DNA from: Octopus sinensis
Lineage: Eukaryota
Reading direction: 5' to 3'
DNA length: 64,000 nt
Assembly (NCBI RefSeq): GCF_006345805.1
Contig: NC_042997.1
Coordinates: 184,636,001-184,700,000, forward strand
Part shown: one piece after another, positions 53,856 to 64,000 of the stretch
Position numbering within the stretch: position 1 is the first letter of the stretch
Layout of the letters: every line of letters starts with the position of its first letter
Made by a program: the position numbers and the translations under genes
Notes under the pieces: model-generated
What the model saw: only the letters and a program-made list of their open reading frames with translations
What the model was told of the DNA's origin: nothing
Database searches by the model: none

Positions 53856-54152
53856 GTTCTTTCTCGAGCATCGCCTGTCTCATAAGTGCCGGTTTCCCGG
53901 GTTCCTTGGCGTATAGGTTCCCCACCTGGACAGGACGCCGGTCCGTCGCAGGTGAGCTGCAAGATGCAGGAGGAAAGAGTGAGAGAAGGTTGTGGCGAAA
54001 GAGTCAGCAGAAGTTCGCCATTACCTTCTACCGGAGCCGCGTGGTGCTTTGGTGTTTTCCCTCATAAACACACACATCGCCCGGTCTGAGATTCAAACCT
54101 GCGATTCCTCGACTGCGAGTCCGTTGCTCTAACCACTAAGCCATGTGCCTCC
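53856..54152 (-). mobile_element. SINE family C
   Basis: Full-length reverse-complement match. Confidence 0.9.
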
Positions 54153-54189
54153 ACTATGCCGACTCTATCAATCATTATTCTTTCCTTTG

Positions 54190-54512
54190 TGAAGGCGCGT
54201 GGTTTAGTGGTTAGGGTGTTCGGCTGACGGTTGTAATGTCAAGAGTTCAATTCCTTGTGGTGCATTGTGTCCTTGAGAAAGACACTTTATTTCACGTTGC
54301 TCCAGTCCACTCAGCTGGCAAAAATGAGTAGCACCTGTATTTCAAAGGGCCAGTCTTCTCACATTGTGTGTCAAGCTGAATCTCCATGAGAACTGCGTTA
54401 AGGGTACACGTGTCAGTAGAGTGCTCAGCCACTTGCACGTTAATTTCACAAACATGGTGTTCCGTCGATCGGATCAACTGGAAACCTCGTCGTCATAACC
54501 GATGGAATGCCA
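54190..54512 (+). mobile_element. Family D head/core with tail A
   Basis: CORE-like domain followed by tail A. A similar copy lies at 22320-22592 (minus). Confidence 0.82.
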
Positions 54513-54621
54513 GTTGGTTACTTTTACTTTAAATCGTTCTGTGTTGCAGACGCAGTCTCTATGTCGGCATTCAAAATACTCGAATGTATGTATGCATTTA
54601 TGTATAAATATATGTATGTAT

Positions 54622-54931
54622 GGAGGCGCAATGGCCCAGTGGTTAAGGCAGTGGACTCGCTGTCGTAGGATCGCGGTTTTGATTCCCAGACCGGGCGTTG
54701 TGAGTGTTTGTTGAGCGAAAACACCTAAAGCTCCACGAGGCTCCTGCAGAGGGTGGTGGTGATCCCTGCTGTACTCTTTCACCACAACTTTTTCTCACTC
54801 TTTCTTCTGTTGGCGTGCTCGCTTAGCCAGCTGGGTGGCGTCATTTAAAGGCTAAAACAACGCGAAGCGCATTGTGACCAGCGATGTGTAGCAACATCTG
54901 ATAGTCTGGTCGGTCACGGGGATCACGGTGA
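54622..54931 (+). mobile_element. Family B head with tail D
   Basis: Family B head followed by a tail unlike tails A, B or C. Confidence 0.8.
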
Positions 54932-55617
54932 TATGTATGTACTGTTGTTTCTTGGGAGAGTCATTTTCTTTTCATGCCTTATAATTTAACACACTCACCG
55001 GTAAAACTTCCACTTATTCCTTATATTATTTTCTTAAAATGTTTCGTTGCGTCTTGCAACCTTTTCAATAGTCAAAGCCGGTGAGTGTGTTAAATTATAA
55101 GGCACAAAAAGAAAATGACTCACCCCAGACACATCAGAATATGCTTCAACACCCGAACTAATATAAACAATCTTGCAAGCCAAATCCCAAAACGAAATAT
55201 ATATGTATGTAGTCATGTATGTATAGGTGTATATCTGTGTATATGTGCACGATTTGAAACTTATGTTAAGATGTTGGAATTTACTATAACTTTATTCGTT
55301 TCAATTAACAGTACAATCATTAGCGCACCGAGCAAAATATTTAGCGGTATTTCGTTCTTCTTTTCATTCTAGGTTCACATTCCGCAGACGTTGAATTTGC
55401 CTTTCATTCTTTCGGAGGATCGATAAAATCAGTACCAGTCGAGAATGGGGTCAATGAAACCAACTTACACCTTCCCCAAACTTGCTTGACTTGTGCAAAA
55501 ATTTGAAACCAATTAACTACATAAGATAAGCAACTGAAAGAGTGTTGGCATCGTTGTTACCGTTGTTGATGTTCATGCTACTGTGGTTGCTAGTACTGCT
55601 GGTGTCTTCTTTTTCTT

Positions 55618-56099
55618 CTTCTCCTTCTTCCATTCAGGACTCACGCCATTAGCCACAAAGAATAATCTCTAATTCGAGCATACATAAGGCTACTAAGAAT
55701 GCGTGTGGCAACTTGAAGATCTACCCACCACACGCGATAGACTGGCTGTTGCACGGGCGCGAAAGCTACGTTGTTATCCTCATTCCGTAAACGGTGGCTT
55801 TTAACGGGCGGAGAGCTGAACCATCCTGGGGTACAGAGGATTCGCAATCTAGACTAGGGTCTGAAAGTTTACCACACCATAGTGGGGTACACCATGGTTC
55901 CTCTGCTTTGTGGCAGAAGTAGGAAGAAAGAGTGAAAGTTGTGGTGAAAGAGTACAGCGGGTTCACCCCCCACCGCTGGAGCTTCGTGGAGGTTAGGTGT
56001 TTTTGCGCAATAAACATTCACAATGCCCGGTCTGGAAATCGAAACCGCGTTCTTAAGACCGCGAGTCTGCTGCCTTAGCCACTGAGCCATTGCGCCTCC
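55618..56099 (-). mobile_element. SINE family B head with tail C
   Basis: Reverse complement matches 24477-24965 end to end. Confidence 0.88.
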
Positions 56100-56806
56100 A
56101 CTAGTGTTGGTGTTGCTGTGGTTGATTATTCCTAAACTGGCTCTGACTAAACAGAAAGAAATATCAAAATAAGAATTTCAGCCATTATTATATCGTCTTA
56201 TTTTCAGGCATCACATCATCCTATATATTCATGTAGCCTCATTATCCACTACTTTCCATTTTCACTTCACAATAACTGGGTACATTTAAAAGTAGTATAA
56301 TTGGCAAATATTTCTAGCAAACAGAAAACTTTTTAGGAGCTCCATCGCTGGTTCTTAAAAAAATAAAAGGGATTGTTTATATTGCGGATCTTATTATTCC
56401 AGGAAGGAAATAATTGATCGAACATGTGTTGAATAACACTCAGTAACCATTGTTACTAACCATACCGAGGTGTGTGAGGTACAGAGTGCATATATTTTAA
56501 TTAGACGTATGGCATTCCAGTTTGCTTATCTTTTTGTTTCAGTAACTGCGGGAACATTGAATATAGGTTTAACGATTTTTTTTTGATTTTTTTCAGGCCT
56601 GAAAAGTTTAACTGATTTAAATTAACTGGGATGATGGTGTGTTTTGAGCTTTGATATTAGTAAATGGGGAGAAAAATAAAGATAGGTACGTACTTCTAAG
56701 AAATCCTGTGTTCTGCGAAGGAATCATTAGAAGTGAAACGAGTGGTGGAAAGATGAGTACATCCAGTGGATTTAGGTGGGACCAGGATAAAGAATATATC
56801 TCGCTG

Positions 56807-56854
<48 letters not shown>

Positions 56855-56884
56855 ATAATATAATATATATAAAAAATATATATC

Positions 56885-56925
<41 letters not shown>

Positions 56926-56947
56926 ATATATATAAAAAATATATATC

Positions 56948-56994
<47 letters not shown>

Positions 56995-57072
56995 ATATAT
57001 ATATAATATATATATCTGTGTGTGTATATATATATATAATATATATATATATATATAGTAAAAGAGAGTAAA

Positions 57073-57114
<42 letters not shown>

Positions 57115-58403
57115 TATGTAAGCACACATAAGAAATGGATGTGTACATATTCTTAATAGTGATCTTGTTCTAGTTCAAAGATAAAGTCACAACAACACGT
57201 GATATTGAAATATATTTCTTCTGGTAAATATATACGTACACACAAGCTGGAACACTTGAATACAAACTCAATCATCGCATACACCTACACATACACCTGG
57301 ATACATACTTACATACACACTCAGATACGCGCTGACACACACACACACGTATATTTCTAGTTTATATATATATATATATATAAATAATAACTTACGCTTT
57401 TTTACACATATTCATGTATAAGAGAAAATTAACCTAGATTCCTGAAAGATTGAAAGCAACATTCAAAATCTTAATGCAAGTCTTCCACATGTGTATACGA
57501 TTCTTATGCAGTGTTGAGCGATAGTTTTGAATATTAAACAGAAAATACATACAAAAAACAAAACAAAACAAAACAAGCAAAAAAATAAACAAAAAAACAA
57601 TAGTGTATAGAGTTAGATGAGCGATGTTTTGAAATTTCTATTTGACTTTTCACAAGCAATTCCGTCAGAAGATTTACTGGGTCGGAAAAATCTCGGTATA
57701 ATTCGATTTTATGGCCGGAGTATTTGTCTTTTGATGCTTTCTCGCGGAGTGAATTAAACGAAATCACTCAACCAGCAAGTCTATTCGTCTATTTCTTTAC
57801 GCATGCGTTGCTTTTTGCTTCCGAGTTTCTTTCCCTTCAGCGAGTTCACAATAACACGCACCCAACCCAGTTCATCGTCAATCAGCCAGTTAGCCAATTA
57901 GCAAGTAAGGGAGAGAGAGATAGAGATAGATAGATAGAAATATATATTGAGAGAGGAGGAGACAGAGGAAGAGAAACACAGTAAGAGAGAGAGAGAAATT
58001 AAAAAAAAAACAAAACAAAAACACAGTAAACTCTACACGTGATGCCAGGGAAAAAGGCAAGGAGCTATAAACGTCAGAATAGTAAATGCTGAACATTTAA
58101 TTTTGTGATGAGAATTGCACATAAATTTCGCAATTGCTCTGCTATTTTCTTTGGTCAATACAGCATTGAATAATAGTTCGTTCCGTTACGGCGCAGCGAA
58201 ACACCCTGTGTCGTTATTTTTACCAACTCTTAATGCTTTTAACTTTCCTAATATTAATGTGTTGTTGGTGAAACCCGAAACGAAAGCAATACAATTTTGC
58301 TCTAATTGAATGTTTTCTATTTCGCTTAGTATGTATGCATGCATGTATGTATGTATGTATGTATGTATGTATGTATGTATGTATGTATGTATGTATGTAT
58401 GTA

Positions 58404-58450
<47 letters not shown>

Positions 58451-58871
58451 ATGTATTTACGTACGTACGTATGTATATATGTATGCATGCGTACATGTAT
58501 ATACATGCACGCACACACTCATATACACTCCATATATGTATTTATGTATGTATGTATGTATGTCTCTCTCTCCCTCTCTCTATCTCTTTCGTTCTTCTTA
58601 TATGCGTTTCCAATGTCTATGGCCTTGCTGGGGCACTGCCTTGAAGCTTTTAGTCTAAAAAATCGACCCCGCTACTTAATTTTAAAAGGTTGTTGCCTAT
58701 TTTATCGATCTCTTTTTGTTAGGTTACGCGGACGTGAAGAAACAAATATCCGTTTTTTTAGCATTTGTAGGCGCTAAATATAAGCACAAATACATTCATG
58801 TATGCATGCATGTATGTATGTATGTATGTATGTATGTATGTATGTATGTATGTATGTATGTATGTATGCAT

Positions 58872-59101
58872 AGGCGAATGGCAGAAACGTTAGCACGTCG
58901 GGCGAAATGCGTAGCCGTATTTCGTCTGCCGTTAAGTGTTCTGGGTTCAAATTCCGCCGAGGTCGACTTTGCCTTTCATCCTTTCGGGGTCGATAAATTA
59001 AGTACCAGTTACGCACTGGAGTCGATGTAATCGACTTAATCCCTTTGTCTGTCCTTGTTTGTCCCCTCTATGTTTAGCCCCTTGTGGGTAGTAAAGAAAT
59101 A
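58872..59101 (+). mobile_element. SINE family E
   Basis: Full copy with tail X. Confidence 0.88.
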
Positions 59102-59478
59102 TATATGCATACAGAGATAGAGAGAGAGGGAGAAAGAGAGAGAGAAAAGGAGAGAAATATCGTTGTATATATATCATTTTCTCACTAGAACGTGATTGAT
59201 ATTTGCCATAAGAACTACCTACCTCAAAAGGACCGAGATTTCTATAACTGAGGAAGCGAAATGACGCCAAACACCCGTATCTGTTAGTCTGCTGACGCTA
59301 TTTGGTGATTGACGTGCTGTAACACATAATGTCAATAGTGAAAAATTTCTTCTCCGAAACACAAGTAATATGAGGTTAAACAACAACAAGGCTGTGAACT
59401 GTTGGTTCTTGTCTACAAGGCCTCGTAGAGTTTTTTCCGTGTCTCTACGCCCTGTGTTCAAAACCCACTGAAGTCAAC

Positions 59479-59613
59479 TGCTTTACCTAAAAGTCATTAA
59501 TTCATCAAGTTTGACAGGCCTATTCTGAAGAAACAAGAGGAATTGAGACATACAAACCTAGAGACTTAAACGCATACACTAACGCACACACGTACACCCA
59601 TCCACACAATCGC
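59479..59613 (+). repeat. About 135-bp near-identical duplication (second copy at 61670-61805)
   Basis: TGCTTTACCTAAAA...CCACACAATCGC is present twice, 2.2 kb apart. Confidence 0.9.
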
Positions 59614-60006
59614 TTTCCTTCTCTCGAGGTTTACACAATATAATTTCAATCCAAGTGAGTAGACTAGCGGAGATTTTAGAACATCGAATGAAATGCTTTG
59701 CAGTATTTGTTCAGGGTTCTTGTATTCAGCAACACCTGCGGCAACACTGGTATCAAGCTGTATCAGCCCTAATACTGTAGCCTTTCGTTTGGACGACATC
59801 GGATGTGGAAAGACAAGACTTGCGTTCATGAGCAATTGCCAGTCTAGAGCCGCACATACAGATGTAGTGGAATAGTGAAACCTGTACGATGGAGACTCTT
59901 AGAGAATGTGTCCAGTGCAGGTAATAAATGCAAAAGAGTGCAGTAAATAATATTTCCTTGAAAGTGTTGCGTCATTAAATTCAAACTGAAATATTGTAAG
60001 AAATAT

Positions 60007-60415
60007 GGAGTGGCTGTGTAGTAAGTAGCTTGTTTACCAAGCACATGGTTCCGGGTTCAGTCCCACTGCGTGGCACCTTGGGCAGGTGTCTTCTACTATA
60101 GTCTCGGGCCGACCAAAGCCTTGTGAGTGGATTTGGTAGACGGAAACTGAAAGAAGCCCGTCGTATATATGTATATATATGTATATGCGTGTGTGTGTTT
60201 GTGTGTCTGTGTTTGTCCCCCTAGCATTGCTTGACAACCGATGCTGGTGTGTTTACGTCGCCGTCACTTTGCGGTTCGGCAAAAGAGACCGATAGAATAA
60301 GTACTGGTCTCAAAAGAGACCGATAGAATAAGTACGAGTTGCTCGACTAAAGGCGGTGCCCCAGCATGGCCGCAGTCAAATGACTGAAACAAGTAAAAAG
60401 AGAGTAAAAGAGTAA
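60007..60415 (+). mobile_element. SINE family A
   Basis: Matches 7655-8066, with an internal duplication of CAAAAGAGACCGATAGAATAAGTAC. Confidence 0.9.
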
Positions 60416-61960
60416 AGAAAGTCGGATATAAAAATAGAGTAATAAATAAATAAATAAATAGAAAATCAAATAAGAGAAATTTTTCTATAGAGGAGTGGAG
60501 GGAATGATGAATAGTATCTGACAAAGTATTTATTATACACTGAAATTTCGCATCTTTTGACTGTTGTTAAATGTATTCTTGGCAGAACTGTTAACACGCC
60601 GGGCAAAATGCTTAGTGACATTTCGCTCGTCTTTACCTTCCGAGTTCAAATCCCACCTAGGTCAGCTTTGCCTTTCATCGTTTCGGGGTTGATGAAATAA
60701 GTACCAGTTGAGCCCTGGGGTCAATGTAATTTCGGGGGAGGGTATAAGCCGATTACATTGACCTCAATGCTCAACTTGTACTATTTTGTCGACCCAGATA
60801 GGATGAAAGGCAGCATTTGAACTAAGAAAGCACAGATACTTGCCCAAGTTGCCGTGTAATACGACTGAACCCGAAACCATGTGGTGGCAAAGCGAGACTT
60901 CATCACTCAGCCATGCTTGCACCGTGTAAAAATGTCATAGAAATCTTATTATTTGTCAGAAAGTTAGTATATTGCACACAAGGTTGTGACAGTGATATAG
61001 GAGATGAATCTTCGCAACACACGTTTCACAACATAAACAGCACTACACATAAGCATCAGGTAGTTAATCTGCAAAAGTTTGTTTCATAAGTATTTGCGCT
61101 TTTCATTATTTAGTCAAACGAAAAGAAGGACGAGAAGAAGAAGAATAGATTCTGAGCAACATCCTTCCGGTATCGACAAAAATATAGTATTATAAGCATA
61201 TATACCAACTAATTTCTTTTTCATTTTGTTGTATATAAGGTTTTTGTAGTTATGTGACATTCATGGTTAACAGAATTTCTAATCAAATCAAAAAGCTTAA
61301 CAAAAATACTTTACCACCTTGAAAAGAGCAGATTATGTATATATGTATGTATATATAATACATACACACACACACACACACATATCTGTTTTGTTCCCTG
61401 TCGAAGTAAAGATTGTTTGCCATTCTTTCTTTTGTAGTGATAAAATCCCTATAGAAATCCTGCGTAGTACTCGTCACAGCCACCTGGAAAACTTGACATA
61501 TAAGATTTAGCAATGTACATTGTACACTAGTATCATAAAAGCCCATTTCACCATATCGTATGTTTTCTACGAATTAATGTTTCATGCTGTCACTCTCATG
61601 ATAACCTTGACAATGTCATTTATAAGTTTAATTACTTAAATCGCCCACAAATCCTTAATTCCGAGATTTTGCTTTACCTAAAAAATCATTAATTCATCAA
61701 GTTTGACAGGCCTATTCTGAAGAAACAAGAGGAATTGAGACATACAAACCTAGAGACTTAAACGCATACACTAACGCACACACGTACACCCATCCACACA
61801 ATCGCAAACACATACACACACTAACTCTCTCTCTCTCTCTTTCAGATACATATTTGATTTTGATTTTTCCAGTTTCAGCTCATGAGCTGTGGCCATGCTG
61901 GGGCACCGCCATTTGTACGATATTATTTAAAAAATACCTGTCTATTACGGATTTCCGATT

Positions 61961-62050
61961 ACGCATGCGCCATGGTATAAAGTAAGCTCTTTTTACGGTC
62001 GCCGGTCGTATAACAGTATAAAAGGTGCAGCATCTGAGTTTTGTTTCAAA
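61961..62050 (+). promoter_or_regulatory. Candidate core promoter (NRF1-like site, TATA, Inr)
   Basis: ACGCATGCGC at 61961, TATAAAAG at 62017-62024 and TCA about 30 nt downstream, in a locally CpG-rich patch. Confidence 0.3.
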
Positions 62051-62315
62051 AATCGATGGCGTAATCATGATGCGTCATTAAAAACTAAAGACAACAGGCA
62101 CGGCACATCTCTGGCTAATCTACTATGGAATCTGACCATTACTTTAGTAGGGTCTAACACCATCCATCTTGGAAAACTGCAGTGTGATATGATATATAAT
62201 TAGAAATATGTTTTGAGAAAATAAACCTCACTATATATCAAATATTAACTTCAGTATATTTAATTAGACAAACGCTTCTGTACAACTTTATGTATGAATG
62301 TATGTTTGTGTAGAA

Positions 62316-62412
<97 letters not shown>

Positions 62413-63090
62413 CATGTATATTAGTATCTGTTAGTTAATATCTTTATTATTGACCGAGGTTACCGTGGTCTTTTCCATAGGCTTTTCTTTCCACTGATAA
62501 ACCTTATCTGTTTTCCCCTTTACACCTTACATCATGTCATTTCTGTGATACATGATCCCTATTGATCGTTTTTTCCTCTTTTTTTTACGATTCCTTTTTA
62601 TCGAAAACCTACACCCTTTTTCTTCTTTTCTTTTTTTTTCTCCCCCAAAAAGAAAAGCTCTACTTTGTAATTTGTCCCCTCTGTTTTCATCCCTCTGTGG
62701 CTAATAAAGAATCATAATATCTTTATTAATGCATTATACTTACAGAAGGCTGCAGGTCTTTTTCTTCGTATTCTTTATCTTCGTATGTGAGTGTATAGAT
62801 GTATGTGCGAATGCCTATATAAATACTATATTAATTTATCAGTAAGTAATATTTTAGATTTTGTTATGGTGACAAACTGGCAGAATTATTTGCAACCCGG
62901 CAACAATTCTTAGTCGCTTTTTTCCTCGTCTTTACGATCTCAAATTCCGCCGAGGTCTACTTTGCCTTTCATCATTTCTTAGTCGATGAAAAAGGTACCA
63001 CTTGAGCACTTGGATCGATGTAATTGGCTTAATCCTTCCCTTAAATTTCTGACCTTGTGCCAAAATTTGAAACTAATGTTTTAATTTCGA

Positions 63091-63478
63091 AAGGCGGCGG
63101 GCTGGCAGAAACGTTAGCACGCCGGACGAAATGCTTAGCAGTATTTCGTCTGCCGCTACGTTCTGAGTTCAAATTCCGGCGAGGTCGACTGTGCCTTTCA
63201 TCCTTTCGGGGTCGATTAAATAAGTACCAGTTACGCGCTGGGGTCAATATAATCAACTTAATCCGTTTGTCTTCTCTGCGTTTAGCCCCTTGTGGGTAGT
63301 AAAGAAATAGGTATTTCGCCTGTCTTTACTTTCTGAGTTCAAATTCCGCCTAGGTCGACTTTGCTTTTCATCCTTTTGGGGTAGATAAATTAAGTACCAG
63401 TTGCGTACTGGGTCGATCTCATCGTGTGGCCACCTCCCCCAAAATTTCTGGCCTTGTGCCTAGAGTAGAAACGAATAT
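63091..63478 (+). mobile_element. Family E dimer (head-core-tailX-core-tailY)
   Basis: Same architecture and junction as 30481-30870. An older family E copy precedes it at about 62877-63075. Confidence 0.88.
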
Positions 63479-64000
63479 TTAAATTTCGATCTAAAGTTAT
63501 ATATTCCCTTTTAATATTATATGTATATATGTAGATATAATGGCATCAGAAATTGTTTTTTGATTCCTTGAACATTTTAATCATTTTCTTGGTTTATTAC
63601 TTTATCATTTCAGACAAAAAACTCAACGAAATAACTGTGTTTTATCTGCCTTGAGTAACGTCTGTGACCGTGTGTTCGTCAGATGGGAGACCATGATGTA
63701 TAGTTTTACTAGTAACAGTTCGCTATTAAGTCAATTGTTGACAATTAACTCCAGATAACACAACAGTATCACATTACATAGTAGGTACTGAATTGTGCAC
63801 TCGGCGAATTTAATGGCCTTAGACAAGTCACTAGCAATTAGTAGACGTATCGTTCTGGAGACACAAAGTTCTATTGTCTTATACAATATATATTTTAGGT
63901 GTTTATTTATTCCTTTATTTCCCTTTATTCTTTCGTTCTCTTCAATTCATTACGTTTCTTGTCCAGTGTTTTTAATATGTGGTTTATTGCATGCTTTCTT

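Noticed and set aside
231-58777. Numerous YI/CV/HT/MYVC-repeat ORFs (e.g. 4493-5104, 56617-57129, 58310-58777)
   Set aside because: Translations of stop-free microsatellites; no real protein signal.
59757-59900. Minus-strand peptide YICMCGSRLAIAHERKSC resembling an EGF-repeat end
   Set aside because: The upstream cysteines are missing, a stop follows shortly, and no partner exons were seen.

Overview
This is AT-rich eukaryotic non-coding DNA, extremely dense in microsatellites ((TA)n, (CA)n, (CATA)n, (GATA)n, (CAT)n) and tRNA-derived SINEs. The repeat landscape resembles an octopus (coleoid cephalopod) genome, which is an inference. No intact protein-coding gene was found: the ORF track is almost entirely microsatellite and SINE translation. 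Supportable content: at least five interleaved SINE families with swapped modules, two non-autonomous Helitrons (one carrying scrambled PIF1-helicase and Rep fragments), a Tc1 transposase remnant with DD36E spacing, mariner ends, R4/Dong, possible CRE and Penelope RT fossils, one tRNA-Cys(GCA) gene, two likely non-coding exons and an RFX X-box promoter candidate. The most interesting signal is a set of type I hammerhead ribozymes: two with intact cores (21164-21245 minus, 23322-23390 plus), an inverted pair (2581-2755) and several relics. They sit in short, sequence-unrelated, (TA)n-adjacent non-coding elements with terminal redundancy or inverted arms, suggesting a diversified retrozyme-like, non-autonomous Penelope system. 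A second signal is a SINE that repeatedly inserts at one fixed site inside its own family. All alignments and folds were done by eye; element boundaries are approximate.
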